Shown in pieces: positions 9,279 through 19,039 of a stretch of DNA of 27,670 nt. The stretch lies in IMG/VR virus record IMGVR_UViG_3300044676_002910, positions 1-27,670 of that record, one strand, 5' to 3'. Made by a program: the position numbers and the translations under genes. The notes beneath the pieces were generated by a model. That model searched no databases. It was not told where the DNA came from and saw only the letters and a list, made by a program, of their open reading frames with translations. The stretch is from a virus (Duplodnaviria; Caudoviricetes). Every line of letters begins with the position of its first letter. Positions within the stretch are counted from its first letter, which is position 1.

Positions 9279-11059
9279 TAGAATCGTCTTCCTATAGATT
9301 GAAGCATTCCCAAAGCCTTAGCTACGTTATTTAGCTCCGTAAACTTTGGCTCAAATAACTCTCTTGAAAACATTTGTTCGGTAATTGGTGCTTGTTGAGC
9401 TAGAGCAACAATTAATCCGTCTCTTCCCGTACCAGTTCCGGTTCCGGTCCCTGTACCCGTCCCCGTCCCCGTCCCCGTCCCCGTTCCTGTGCCCGTTCCT
9501 GTCCCCGTTCCTGTGCCCGTTCCTGTCCCCGTTCCTGTGCCAGTGCCCGTACCTGTGCCAGTGCCTGTGCCTGTTCCCGTTCCTGTACCAGTACCCGTTC
9601 CTGTGCCCGTTCCTGTACCTGTGCCTGTACCCGTCCCGGTTCCCGTTCCCGTTCCGGTTCCCGTACCTGTAGTTGTAGGTGTTGTTGTAGGCGTACTTGT
9701 AGTTGTACTTGTAGGCCCAATAGTAGGAATAGATGTAGGTGCGCTAGTCGCTATAGTAGTAGGAATGCTTGTAGTAATTGTTGTTGGCGAACTTGTAACT
9801 GTTGGTGTAACTGTTGATGTTGGCGTTGACGTAACTGTAGGTGTAACCGTTGTAGTAGGAGTGCTAGTTGTAGTGCTTGTAGATGTTGTAGTAGGGCCAA
9901 TAGTAGGGCCAATAGTAGAGCCAATAGTAGGGCCAGTTATGTCTAATAATCCAGATAGGTCAACTGTTGTGCTTGTAGTTACACCACCTGTATCTTTTGC
10001 AGTTCCTCCATGCTCTAATTCAAATCCATCTCCCAAGTCTAAAATACTTACAGTTTCTCCTTCTGAAAAAACTTTTCCTTCAGTACCACTAACATCTCCT
10101 ACAGAAACTGTTTCTCCACCAGGGATTCTATTGCCATTAATATCAAAAGGAGCGTAAACAAACTCACCATTTTCGTATATCCATGAATAAGAAGACGCAG
10201 ATTCAGAATCCGTTGTTGTGCTTGTAGTTGCTGTTGATGTGCTTGTAGTTGCTGTATTTGTAGGCCCAGATGTGCTTATAGGCCCAGATGTGCCTGTAAT
10301 TGTTACGCCATCAATTGTTGAAGAATCGTCTGATAGTGTAGTATCTTTTAGAGCAGAATCTGCTTCTAAAAGCTCGTTATCTAATGAGGCCGTAGATTCA
10401 GCAGCTTTATCTACAACTGTAATCCGGTCTACAAACCGACCAAGAGAATCTCCCTCTAAACTGTACGGATTAATTGTGCTTTGGTCTACTCCAATACCTG
10501 CATCAGCAAACAAATCAGCAACCGCTGCTTGTACAGCTAACTCTTGTTCTTTTGTAGGGAAAGCAGTGTCTCCCATAATTTCTTGACGGGCTGCTATAGC
10601 TCCAGCAAGAATTTCATTAACGGTATCCTGAGTAACTTCTGTAGTTCCGAGAGCCTGATTAGCAAATGGATAATCTCCTCCTAAAATTGCCCCTCTTTCT
10701 TCTGTGCTTGGTAACTGTTGACCGCTAGAACCGTAGCCATATTTGGCTAAAGTTGAAACTACGTCTTCTTTAGTAAACTGACCACCACTTAGTTGCGGAA
10801 CAATGTCTGCACTAAATCCAGACCTTTGCAAATAATCCGCTAGAGCTGCTGCTTTTTCGCTTTCAGGCAATCCAGAGTCATATAATAAATCTAGCTGACC
10901 TCTAGCCTGGTCAGCCAAGATGCTGGCTATTTCTGATTCAGAGCCTTCAGTGCTTTCTTTGGCGATAGAGTCTAAAAGGTTATCCCAAATAGCAGAGGCA
11001 AGAGGAGGAGCACCTTCTGTATAAACATTAGGATTATAAATACTATAAATACCAGACAT
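9278..11059 (-). CDS. Low-complexity Thr-rich protein with (Thr-Gly)41 tract, function unknown
   Basis: 593-aa ORF in the late operon with AAGGA SD. Its stop overlaps the adaptor ATG. Acidic N-terminal half, T/S/P-rich middle, TG tract, short C-terminal domain. Confidence 0.8.
   Translation of the reverse strand: MSGIYSIYNPNVYTEGAPPLASAIWDNLLDSIAKESTEGSESEIASILADQARGQLDLLYDSGLPESEKAAALADYLQRSGFSADIVPQLSGGQFTKEDVVSTLAKYGYGSSGQQLPSTEERGAILGGDYPFANQALGTTEVTQDTVNEILAGAIAARQEIMGDTAFPTKEQELAVQAAVADLFADAGIGVDQSTINPYSLEGDSLGRFVDRITVVDKAAESTASLDNELLEADSALKDTTLSDDSSTIDGVTITGTSGPISTSGPTNTATTSTSTATTSTTTDSESASSYSWIYENGEFVYAPFDINGNRIPGGETVSVGDVSGTEGKVFSEGETVSILDLGDGFELEHGGTAKDTGGVTTSTTVDLSGLLDITGPTIGSTIGPTIGPTTTSTSTTTSTPTTTVTPTVTSTPTSTVTPTVTSSPTTITTSIPTTIATSAPTSIPTIGPTSTTTSTPTTTPTTTGTGTGTGTGTGTGTGTGTGTGTGTGTGTGTGTGTGTGTGTGTGTGTGTGTGTGTGTGTGTGTGTGTGTGTGTGTGTGTGTGRDGLIVALAQQAPITEQMFSRELFEPKFTELNNVAKALGMLQSIGRRF
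9425..9670 (-). repeat. Coding hexamer repeat ACN-GGN x41
   Basis: 246 bp of 6-bp units whose variation is confined to third codon positions of the minus-strand frame. Confidence 0.95.
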
Positions 11060-11078
11060 TACGTTTCCTTAATACTCA

Positions 11079-11477
11079 TTATTTTTCTCTTGAAACACCT
11101 TTAGTTTTCTCAAAGGTTCTCATTGCGCCTAAACCCAACATACCCATTAGAACAGGCATCATTTCACTTAGTGCTATTAACGGTATCTCTACACCCGTTT
11201 CAAATAACTCAAGGGCCATGTTCACAAACGGTATAATTAAAAAGTTGCCAGCCATGCCCAAAGCGCATATCCAACCAATAGCAGGTCGCCAGCCAGCAAC
11301 AAACATACTATTATGAGCTGCTTCAATTTTATTAACCTCAATCTGCGCCATAACCTGTTCTTGGGTATGACGTTCAGCCATCGTAGCTATTTCATGAGAC
11401 AACTTTTCTTTTAAGTTTGTATCAGGAATAACCTTGTCTAGTATGGCACTAACTGGGCCTATTAACGCACTAATCAT
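11079..11477 (-). CDS. Holin (3TM / gene-transfer-agent-type holin family)
   Basis: FVAGWRPAIGWIC and LMGMLGLGAMRTFEK motifs with hydrophobic segments. Confidence 0.85.
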   Translation of the reverse strand: MISALIGPVSAILDKVIPDTNLKEKLSHEIATMAERHTQEQVMAQIEVNKIEAAHNSMFVAGWRPAIGWICALGMAGNFLIIPFVNMALELFETGVEIPLIALSEMMPVLMGMLGLGAMRTFEKTKGVSREK

Positions 11478-11587
11478 GCTGCGCCAAGCCCTATTAGAAC
11501 AATGACAAGAACTACCACTGCTATTCCCACCTGTTTTTCAGTAGCAGTTTGAACCAGATTTCTTACCCATTTGCCTATTTTTTTCAT
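11474..11587 (-). CDS. 37-aa membrane peptide (not in the ORF track)
   Basis: MKKIGKWVRNLVQTATEKQVGIAVVVLVIVLIGLGAA. ATGA overlaps with both flanking genes and fills the gap exactly. Confidence 0.7.
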   Translation of the reverse strand: MKKIGKWVRNLVQTATEKQVGIAVVVLVIVLIGLGAA

Positions 11588-11823
11588 AGCATTCTTCCTA
11601 TTACAGTTGCAGTCGCAACAATGATTATCCAAAACACTCTTTCTCCAAACATAACAGACGGAGATATATTCTGTAATTTTTCATCCATTGTACTAATTTT
11701 AGCTTCAATCAAAGTTTGACGATTAAATATAGTCGCAATCCTTTCCTCTACACGCGCCAAAGAAACAACAGCTTCTTGCAGGTCATCTATCTTGCTTTCT
11801 ATTCTGTCTATTCTATTTTCCAA
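11584..11823 (-). CDS. Coiled-coil protein with C-terminal transmembrane helix (XhlA-like, possibly lysis-associated)
   Basis: RIDRIESKIDDLQEAVVSLARVEERI heptads plus VFWIIIVATATVIG. Confidence 0.6.
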   Translation of the reverse strand: MENRIDRIESKIDDLQEAVVSLARVEERIATIFNRQTLIEAKISTMDEKLQNISPSVMFGERVFWIIIVATATVIGRML

Positions 11824-12280
11824 TTAAACTTACCAAATAGAAAACAAACATAACTGTTAAAAAACAACCAAATAATACTGATATATCTATTATAGCTGCT
11901 CTAGTTTCTGCCGCTTTCTTTGCCTCCGCTATCCTTAAATTCCTTATCCTTGAACGCTCCCTTAACATATCGTGCCAAAGGTTTGCGTTACCTGTCCAAT
12001 AGAATATATCCTTCAATTCTTTTTCTAGTTGTTGTGCCTTCTGTTTTTGAAGGGTAGCTTCCAGTGCTTGGCTTTCTATTGAACTACTACCTAGTAACTT
12101 GCTTATCTTACTTGTAGTCTTTGATTTTTGTTCTAAAACGCTAACTTGTTCCCTAGCGTCCCAAAACTTACTAATTGCTTTTGTTAAGTCTTGTACTTCT
12201 TTTCCTTTGTGGACAGCCTTTTTAATAAAGTTAAATGCCTGGTTAGCTGCTGCAACCGCTGCTATTATTTCTGCTGGCAT
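11813..12280 (-). CDS. Hypothetical membrane-anchored protein
   Basis: 155 aa, helical, with a C-terminal hydrophobic anchor. Confidence 0.7.
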   Translation of the reverse strand: MPAEIIAAVAAANQAFNFIKKAVHKGKEVQDLTKAISKFWDAREQVSVLEQKSKTTSKISKLLGSSSIESQALEATLQKQKAQQLEKELKDIFYWTGNANLWHDMLRERSRIRNLRIAEAKKAAETRAAIIDISVLFGCFLTVMFVFYLVSLIGK

Positions 12281-12281
12281 T

Positions 12282-12494
12282 TTAATACACCTTTATTCCA
12301 TCCTCATTTGGATTAATTAATATTGGCTTGCAGTATGTCGTTATTACTAGAGTGCTTGGACTTCCTCTGCGTCTTAACTTAGCAGCAAAACTGTTACAAG
12401 TGTCAACGCTCCGAAAGCACATAGATTCAGAGCAGTTGTCGTTAGCTACCTCTAAACCCGCGATAGTCATTATCAAAACAAAGACGTGAATCAC
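12282..12494 (-). CDS. Hypothetical small Cys-containing protein with hydrophobic N-terminus
   Basis: Likely GTG start at 12494 just after the upstream stop (MIHVFVLIMTIAG...CFRSVDTC...YCKP). Confidence 0.6.
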   Translation of the reverse strand: MIHVFVLIMTIAGLEVANDNCSESMCFRSVDTCNSFAAKLRRRGSPSTLVITTYCKPILINPNEDGIKVY

Positions 12495-12498
12495 GCAT

Positions 12499-12999
12499 TT
12501 ACTCTGGCTTCGTAGGCCAATCTTCATCGGCAAGGTTCGGGAAGTTATCGTGAGTTGTTATATCTCTGAGAGCTTGGCGATAAGTAGCCATTTCAGCAGA
12601 CATAGTTACGTCTGACATCCCTGTCCAATCGGTCACAGCTAGTTTGGCATCTCTTGCAGACCTCACGGATGCCGCAGCATCAGCATCTAATCTAGCCTGA
12701 TAAGCCGCCTCATGCTCAGCCTTGGTCGTGGTTACGCCGTCCTCTGTCGTGTCAGCAAACATATCTATTTCTATGTAAGCCTCTACCCAGTTACCGTTAG
12801 CGTCTTGAACTGCACCATTACGACCAACTTGTTTATAAGCTGCGCTTGGTTCCGGTTTGGGTGCTGCGAGTACAGGGTCTATCCCTAAGAACTCGCAAGT
12901 GTCTGCGTCCCACACTCGTGGCAGTGATGTGTTGCTGTGCATTCTGCGGACTTCGCCTTGATTTTTGACTTCGCCCGTTGATTGAATACGATATTCCAT
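12499..12999 (-). CDS. Tail fibre assembly chaperone
   Basis: C-terminal VRSARDAKLAVTDW...YRQALRDIT...WPTKP motif. Follows the tail fibre genes. Confidence 0.85.
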   Translation of the reverse strand: MEYRIQSTGEVKNQGEVRRMHSNTSLPRVWDADTCEFLGIDPVLAAPKPEPSAAYKQVGRNGAVQDANGNWVEAYIEIDMFADTTEDGVTTTKAEHEAAYQARLDADAAASVRSARDAKLAVTDWTGMSDVTMSAEMATYRQALRDITTHDNFPNLADEDWPTKPE

Positions 13000-13009
13000 A
13001 ATAGTTTCC

Positions 13010-14941
13010 TTATGCTATTGCAAGTCCAATGTAGTCTCCATTAGCCAAACCGCCGTCTACGATAGTAAAGCCAGAAGACAAAGGGTCAATATAGTCTGTA
13101 GATGTTACCTCTGCCGCTGTGGAGTTTAGTAAGAGATACGGGTCGTTACCTGCAACAATGCCTCTCTCGCTGTCGTAAACGTACCAATCGCCAGTGCTAT
13201 CCGTTCTTTTGAGCAAAATAAATCTCGCCCCTGCACTAAAGCCACAGTCTACATCAGCATTGCTTCCGCTTGATTTTGTCACCGAAAATACTTTGCTTAC
13301 TCCTGCTAGTGTGGCGAAGAGGTAGGATATGTAGGTTTGTCCTGACTGATTAATAGCTGCGTTAGATGCTATGTAGTAAACGCTATCTGTAGCATAAGGA
13401 GAAGGATATAGCCCTGCATACCACCCAAAAGAATTATTTCCGTTTAATATAGCTTGAGCATTTTGAGCAATTCCATTATTTTTTGCGTAGACAATCCAAT
13501 CAGATGTTGCGCTTCTTTTTTTAGAAATTATTAACTCAGGCTCTGCTTTTAAGTTATGAATGATTTGCCTTGCATTAATACCATCACCAGTATAAGCCAC
13601 CACATCAAAGAAGCCTGTGGCGCGTTTGAAGCCGTTTATAATGTATGTTTGCCCGCTTTGATTAAGAGTGTTTTCAAAACCAATAGCTCGTAATCCATCT
13701 TGCACATCAAGCGAAGTATTGGTTATAAACTCTGCTCCATTTCCTGCGGTGTATAAGCCTTTCCCAGTTAATCTAGCGGTAAGATTTTTAAAGTCATAAC
13801 TAGAGGAACTTCTACACGCTTGGAAATAAGCATCAACTGCCATTCCTAAATCAAAATCTCGTGTTGATGCTCCATCACCCGTGTAGGCTAAACTGCTAAA
13901 AACCTCAGTCCCAGACTCAGGAGTCTTCATTGGGCGGCGTATGGCTATGTAGATGTAGTCTTGGCCGCTTGAGTTTAAGTCAGCATTGTTGCTCATAACT
14001 TTAAAGCCAGTAGCTTGAAGCTCCACACCAAAACTTGTAACTTCACTTTGGGTAAGGTTTGCTGATAAGTAAGCTCCTGCAGTACCCATCTCTATACCTC
14101 GCATATTGTCAGCTATACGCCAGCTTTCTGTGCCAGTGCTTTTAATCAGCAGCCATTGCGGCTCAAATCCTAAGTCAATCTCAGGGCCATCCAAGTATGT
14201 TCCATTGCCCGTGTAACTCCCACACTTAATAATACTCTCGTCGTCTCCAAAGCCTCCTGCGTCTGAGGCGAATAGGTAGGCGACGTAAGTGTAGCCTGAA
14301 CCGTTTACATCATTATCTGACCCCGGTCTAAAAAACCCGTCAGTTACTTCTGGGAAAAACGCAGAATCTGTTACAGCATCATGTGTACCATTTAAACTTA
14401 AATATTTACCAGTACCAAGAGAAGCATGATAAGAAGCCCAACCGCCGCTAGTAGAAGTTCTTTTACAAACAATAAAACCGGGGGTGCTTCCAAGAGAATG
14501 GCTAATTTGTGTTGCTGCATTTCCATCCCCAGTATAAGTCACAACATCAAAGAACTTCTCAGCCTTGCGGAATGTCCATGAGGCAAAGTCATCTCCTGAA
14601 CGATTTGTGTGGTAAGTATCAGCACTAACCGAAAACCCATTTGAATTAAATGTTAAAGCTCTAGAAGGAAGATTAACTTGTCCGCTGGTAGAGTTTGACC
14701 ATATTTGATTTGCACCTCCTCGTTCTGTATCAACAAGAGTGTTCCAACCTACACTAGCATTTCCCGTTGTCCTGTCTTTCATCCATACCAGACCACCTTC
14801 GCCAGATAGGTCTATGTCATTAGTAATAGTTTGACCTGTTCCATTCCCTGTATACAAATAAGTCGAGAAGACATCCTCAACGTACAGAGACTCACCTGCA
14901 TTACCCGCCGCTGCTTGTAGTAATTTCTTATTACTTGGCAT
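13010..14941 (-). CDS. Tail fibre / receptor-binding-type virion protein with repeated beta domains
   Basis: Repeated YTGxG and FFDVVxYTGDG...HxLxxxP..I..KR modules, common in aquatic phage fibre genes. Confidence 0.75.
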   Translation of the reverse strand: MPSNKKLLQAAAGNAGESLYVEDVFSTYLYTGNGTGQTITNDIDLSGEGGLVWMKDRTTGNASVGWNTLVDTERGGANQIWSNSTSGQVNLPSRALTFNSNGFSVSADTYHTNRSGDDFASWTFRKAEKFFDVVTYTGDGNAATQISHSLGSTPGFIVCKRTSTSGGWASYHASLGTGKYLSLNGTHDAVTDSAFFPEVTDGFFRPGSDNDVNGSGYTYVAYLFASDAGGFGDDESIIKCGSYTGNGTYLDGPEIDLGFEPQWLLIKSTGTESWRIADNMRGIEMGTAGAYLSANLTQSEVTSFGVELQATGFKVMSNNADLNSSGQDYIYIAIRRPMKTPESGTEVFSSLAYTGDGASTRDFDLGMAVDAYFQACRSSSSYDFKNLTARLTGKGLYTAGNGAEFITNTSLDVQDGLRAIGFENTLNQSGQTYIINGFKRATGFFDVVAYTGDGINARQIIHNLKAEPELIISKKRSATSDWIVYAKNNGIAQNAQAILNGNNSFGWYAGLYPSPYATDSVYYIASNAAINQSGQTYISYLFATLAGVSKVFSVTKSSGSNADVDCGFSAGARFILLKRTDSTGDWYVYDSERGIVAGNDPYLLLNSTAAEVTSTDYIDPLSSGFTIVDGGLANGDYIGLAIA

Positions 14942-14951
14942 TTTAAATCCT

Positions 14952-16655
14952 CTACGCTAGAGCGAGTCCGGCAACAAAGCCGTACCAAGTAGTACCACCA
15001 TCACAGGTAATGAAAACTAAAACATCAGTACCAGAAGCGGTGAGTGTAGGAGCAGTTGCGGCAGGCCAATCAACCGATGCAGGCCATGTCTGTGCTGCCG
15101 AGCCTCCGTTGACTAATTTAAGACTAAAGCTGCAAAGCTCGTCACTTGCAGTAGGATTAGAGAACGTCCAAGTCGTAGCACCAGTTGTAGTCGCTGTGAC
15201 TGAGTTGCCTAGTGTCAGGTCAATAGTTGTTGCGCCTGTAGCATTTCCTAGTGCGTTAGTAATCTCGCCATAGTCTTTTAAGTTAATTGCTGAAACTGTT
15301 TGGTCTGCGCCTGTTACCTCGCCGGCAAGCGTCATTCCTGTAATCGTTGGGGCTGTCCCTAAGACAACCGCGCCTGTTCCAGTTTTTGATGTAACTCCTG
15401 TGCCGCCGTTAGCGACAGGGAGTGTGCCTGTAACTTCAGAGGCAAGATTTATAGAAGTAGCTGTAGGAGCTACTGCTACCCATGCAGAGCCTGAATAAAC
15501 CTTCATTTGATTTGATGCAGTATTGAAGTACAAAGCACCTGTTAGTAAAGCATTGCCATCATTGTCTACAGTAGGGTCAGATGATTTGTCACCTAAGTAA
15601 CGGTCATCAAAATTATCATAACTAGCTGCTGCGTTGGTTGCAGAAGTTGAAGCATTGCTTTCAGAAGTCGCCGCATTTGAAGCTGACGTTGCAGCATTTG
15701 ATTCAGAAGTTGCAGCATTTGCTGCACTTGTAGCAGCAGAAGTCGCGCTGCCTAAAATACCGTCTACATAACCTTTCCTGGTTAAGTCATCATTAGCAGA
15801 AGGTGTAGCAGTTGACGTAGCTTTGTTAGAGCCTAGAACAATATTGCCTGTCATCGTACCACCAGCTAAAGGAAGCATGGTGTCAACATAGGCTTTAGTA
15901 GAAGCATCTGTACCCGCTGTAGGAGTACCAAGACCTGTAATCTTGTTAGTGCCCATAGCAATAGCACCAGACATAGTGCCACCAGCAAGAGGTAGCTTAG
16001 TTGCTATGGAATTAGTAATAGTGGTTGAAAAGTTAGCGTCATCACCTAAAGCGGCGGCTAACTCATTCAAGGTGTCTAATGCAGCAGGAGCAGAGTCAAT
16101 TACGTTAGTTACTTGAGTATCTACATAACCCTTAGTTGCAGCGTCAGTATCAGAAGACGGAGCTGCTAAATTAGTTAAGACAGTATCTGTAAAGTCTACA
16201 GTTCCATTAACTACCAAATTGGCAACAGTGGTAGTACCACTTGAGGCAGTAAGATTACCAGTTACGTCACCTGTAATATTTCCCGTAACATTACCTGTCA
16301 CGTTACCAGTTACATTGCCTGTTAAAGCTCCAGCAAAATTAGTATTGGCTGTGATTAAAGTACCAGTTATGGCCTGGGGCGTAGAGCCACCAATTACCAT
16401 GCCGTTTAATGTACCGCCCGTTAGCACAGCATTAGAAGAACTAAAACTTGAGTTAGCAACAACAGTACCAGTAGCCGTAATAGCACCAGTTGTAATTGAG
16501 GATGGATTAGTGCCAATCTCAATAATTGTTGCGCTGTTATTCTCAGTAAATAGTCGTTTGTCTGAGGTATTTACAGCAAGCTCACCTTGAACTAAATCTG
16601 AAGCCAAGGGTATGGCTGACGAAGTTGAGGAAAACTTAGTAATAATTGTTGCCAT
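14952..16655 (-). CDS. Tail fibre protein
   Basis: N-terminal LVQGELAVNTSDKRLF, GNVT repeats, DAATKGYVD and LPLAGGTM repeats, APAALDTLNELAAALGDD motif. Confidence 0.85.
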   Translation of the reverse strand: MATIITKFSSTSSAIPLASDLVQGELAVNTSDKRLFTENNSATIIEIGTNPSSITTGAITATGTVVANSSFSSSNAVLTGGTLNGMVIGGSTPQAITGTLITANTNFAGALTGNVTGNVTGNVTGNITGDVTGNLTASSGTTTVANLVVNGTVDFTDTVLTNLAAPSSDTDAATKGYVDTQVTNVIDSAPAALDTLNELAAALGDDANFSTTITNSIATKLPLAGGTMSGAIAMGTNKITGLGTPTAGTDASTKAYVDTMLPLAGGTMTGNIVLGSNKATSTATPSANDDLTRKGYVDGILGSATSAATSAANAATSESNAATSASNAATSESNASTSATNAAASYDNFDDRYLGDKSSDPTVDNDGNALLTGALYFNTASNQMKVYSGSAWVAVAPTATSINLASEVTGTLPVANGGTGVTSKTGTGAVVLGTAPTITGMTLAGEVTGADQTVSAINLKDYGEITNALGNATGATTIDLTLGNSVTATTTGATTWTFSNPTASDELCSFSLKLVNGGSAAQTWPASVDWPAATAPTLTASGTDVLVFITCDGGTTWYGFVAGLALA

Positions 16656-16660
16656 TTATT

Positions 16661-16942
16661 TCACCACTTAACTTTATCTGCCCAGTAAGCTGCGGAACAT
16701 TTACCTTTAGCAATGTTTTTTGCGTGACGCGCCTTAAAAGACTTTCTTCTAGCCTTTTCTGATGCGGTTTTAGGATTCTTGCCAGCACCTTGAACGCCCT
16801 GCTGACCAAAGCGAATTGTCTTAATACTACCATCCTTACATTTAGCTACAACAACGTGGCTTTTAGTAGGGTGGTTAGGAGTCCTCTTAGGTTTATTAAA
16901 ACCAGAAACACCTATTTTTTTTAATCTTGGGTCTTTTTTCAT
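16661..16942 (-). CDS. Conserved basic phage protein of unknown function
   Basis: 93 aa, K/R-rich, IRFGQQG...RRKSFKARH...SAAYWA..KW motif seen in aquatic phages. Confidence 0.75.
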   Translation of the reverse strand: MKKDPRLKKIGVSGFNKPKRTPNHPTKSHVVVAKCKDGSIKTIRFGQQGVQGAGKNPKTASEKARRKSFKARHAKNIAKGKCSAAYWADKVKW

Positions 16943-16953
16943 AATAAGAAGTC

Positions 16954-16971
16954 AGGGGGCCGAAGCCCCCT
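16954..16971 (-). terminator. Hairpin after the capsid gene (probable leaky intrinsic terminator)
   Basis: AGGGGGC-UUCG-GCCCCCU on - followed by GACUUCUUAUU, 23 nt after the capsid stop. Confidence 0.7.
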
Positions 16972-16994
16972 AACCTATCCTAACTTATCCTAAC

Positions 16995-17999
16995 TTATAC
17001 GTCAGGGACACAAAGGATGAAGCCAGCCTCTGGACGATGTGCCTGAACACCATAAAGGGTGTCAGCAGTGTACAGAGTTGACAAATACTCTTGCTTGTAC
17101 TGAGTTTGTGAGCGAACGCTCATTTGCTCAGCCAAGACAAGGGCATCTTTGTGGATGAGATAAGCACCGCGAACATCCGCAGCGCCAGTAGCGTTAGAAC
17201 CTGCGTCTTCAATGAGAGGGCAGTTAGAAGAGACATAAATGTCAATTCCATAAACTGAACCAATCAAACCAGACTGGACAGTTGAGCCTTCACGGAAATC
17301 AGCAGATACATAACGCTCAGTACCCATGATTGCAGAACGCAACGCAGGTGGAATAATAAATGCGCGGTCACTCATAGGAACGTCAGCATCGTCCATACGC
17401 TTAATCAACGCACGAAAACCAGCATCTGTAAATACGTCAGCAGCTACAACAGTGTCATCAGCATAAGCAGTCAGACCACTAGAAGCATCAACAAAGAACG
17501 TATTTGCACCTTCCCATGCTGTACCAGTACAAGTACCAGTAACAGGAACAGTCAGGTCAAAAGTACCACTACCAAAACCAGTACCAGCGCGGAACAAGTC
17601 ATCATCGACCTGCTTGGCTAGAGCGTAACCAGCATCTTCAGTGTAGAACTGACGAAGCGAGGCAAGAGCCTGTACTTCAACAATGTCTTCAATCAGACGA
17701 GAATACTCGTAGTGACGGTTAATAGTAACAGTAGTTTCACTTTCCAGGTTAGCTTGCATAGTTACAGCAACAGCTTCTGCCTTAGCATTAGCGGAGCCGC
17801 GAGTAGGCTTAGGAAGGTGGATAACATCACCCTTGTTGCCAGACATTGTCATTGTCTTAACAAGAGGAGCCATTTTTAAAGATTTTTGATATGCAGCAAT
17901 AACTTCGTCCGACCATATTTCAGGTACAAAAGTTCCCGCTGCGGTTTTGTCTACGGTTGCGTTTGCAGTAAAAAACGCACCAGAAGTTTCATTAGCCAT
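16995..17999 (-). CDS. Major capsid protein
   Basis: 334 aa after the scaffold, FVPEIWSDEV, GDVIHLP, YALAKQVDDDL and ADTLYGV motifs, AAAGGA SD, downstream hairpin. Confidence 0.92.
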   Translation of the reverse strand: MANETSGAFFTANATVDKTAAGTFVPEIWSDEVIAAYQKSLKMAPLVKTMTMSGNKGDVIHLPKPTRGSANAKAEAVAVTMQANLESETTVTINRHYEYSRLIEDIVEVQALASLRQFYTEDAGYALAKQVDDDLFRAGTGFGSGTFDLTVPVTGTCTGTAWEGANTFFVDASSGLTAYADDTVVAADVFTDAGFRALIKRMDDADVPMSDRAFIIPPALRSAIMGTERYVSADFREGSTVQSGLIGSVYGIDIYVSSNCPLIEDAGSNATGAADVRGAYLIHKDALVLAEQMSVRSQTQYKQEYLSTLYTADTLYGVQAHRPEAGFILCVPDV

Positions 18000-18011
18000 G
18001 TTTAATTTCCT

Positions 18012-18767
18012 TTATCTTACACGCTTCTCCGCATACGCCCGACGAATTTCGGGTTCCATGCTTTGATAACGCTTAGGGTTAGTCTTCATAAGTTCAATAA
18101 TATCTGCCCTTCGATAAATCTTTTTAGATGGGGTTTCAGAACTACCTTTAGCCCCGCCAGTAGAAGCCTTTTTAACAGCATCCTTTCTAGCATCTTTCTC
18201 GTCTTGAACAGCAGATTGTGACATCTGCCTAATCTGTTTCCATTGAGAAAACAAATTATCAGCAGCCCTACTGTCATACTGTTGGTCAGCGCGAGTTAGA
18301 AGCTCAACGCGAATTTCATCACTTTTTACCCAATTAATAAAATCTGAGCTTTGAATAATTTCTTGCGCGTCTGGATGTTTGTTAATCAACTCCTGCTTGG
18401 CCTGGTCCTGTCTAATACGCAAAGTATTTTGTTGAGCCTCCTTAATAACAGGATGGTTCGCAATCTTACTTTCCATAGCTTTGTCAGGGTCAGCAAAAAA
18501 ATCTATTTCTTCAGCAGGTTCAGGTGCTGTTGTTTCCGACTGTTTGAGAATGAAGTTATCTACCACCTTTCGTAATTCGCCAACTTCAGCTCCTTGACTT
18601 CCCAATCTGCTTTCGGCTTCTTGGTGCATTTTGGCTACTTCAGCTATTGTTTTACCTTGGTACATTGGTGAAAGCTCTGCTTCCCCTTCCGAAGTGACTT
18701 CTTCTTGGACAGGTTCTTCCACGCTATTTACTTCATCTACCTCTACTGGGTCAATTAGTGTTGCCAT
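18012..18767 (-). CDS. Capsid scaffolding protein
   Basis: Acidic N-terminus, YQGKTIAEVAKMHQEAE..QGAEVGELRK, C-terminal EIRRAYAEKRVR. Directly upstream of the capsid gene. Confidence 0.85.
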   Translation of the reverse strand: MATLIDPVEVDEVNSVEEPVQEEVTSEGEAELSPMYQGKTIAEVAKMHQEAESRLGSQGAEVGELRKVVDNFILKQSETTAPEPAEEIDFFADPDKAMESKIANHPVIKEAQQNTLRIRQDQAKQELINKHPDAQEIIQSSDFINWVKSDEIRVELLTRADQQYDSRAADNLFSQWKQIRQMSQSAVQDEKDARKDAVKKASTGGAKGSSETPSKKIYRRADIIELMKTNPKRYQSMEPEIRRAYAEKRVR

Positions 18768-18808
18768 TATTAAACTCCGTTAAGACCGATTCTAGCTACC
18801 CTTCTGGA

Positions 18809-19039
18809 CTATTGTTCGGCTGCCTTACGTTCTAATTCCATCTTTTGCTGTCTGGAACGAACCCACTTGTCTGTTGCACCTGGAAAATGTCCAGAAGCGG
18901 GGTCGAGACTACACCTAACAGCAGAGATGACTCGCTTTGCTACCTCACCACATTGAGGACAATCAATCTGTTTTGTTTCACGTGGAACAAGTTTTTCATT
19001 TACATGACCACACTTGCACAAAAAATCAAACAGAATCAT
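18809..19039 (-). CDS. FmdB-like zinc-ribbon protein
   Basis: MILFDFLCKCGH...IDCPQCGEVAKRVISA. Start re-assigned to ATG 19039, which has an AGAGGA SD. Confidence 0.75.
   Translation of the reverse strand: MILFDFLCKCGHVNEKLVPRETKQIDCPQCGEVAKRVISAVRCSLDPASGHFPGATDKWVRSRQQKMELERKAAEQ

Noticed and set aside
9425-9670. Repeat tract as a CRISPR array or diversity-generating retroelement
   Set aside because: It has 6-bp coding periodicity with no spacers, and no cas or reverse transcriptase gene is in the window.
9385-10586. Alternative ORFs (poly-VP, QERAQER and CPFL repeats) over the Thr-rich gene
   Set aside because: They are shadows of the ACN-GGN repeat in other frames or strands. Only the 593-aa frame has an SD and operon coupling.
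13010-16655. Internal repeats in the tail fibre genes as a novel system
   Set aside because: GNVT, DAATKxYVD and YTGDG repeats are ordinary fibre modules. I saw no invertase or nucleotide-level template/variable repeat pair.
16995-17060. T7-like capsid frameshift or readthrough extension
   Set aside because: No clear slippery sequence near the stop, and a terminator-like hairpin follows within about 25 nt.
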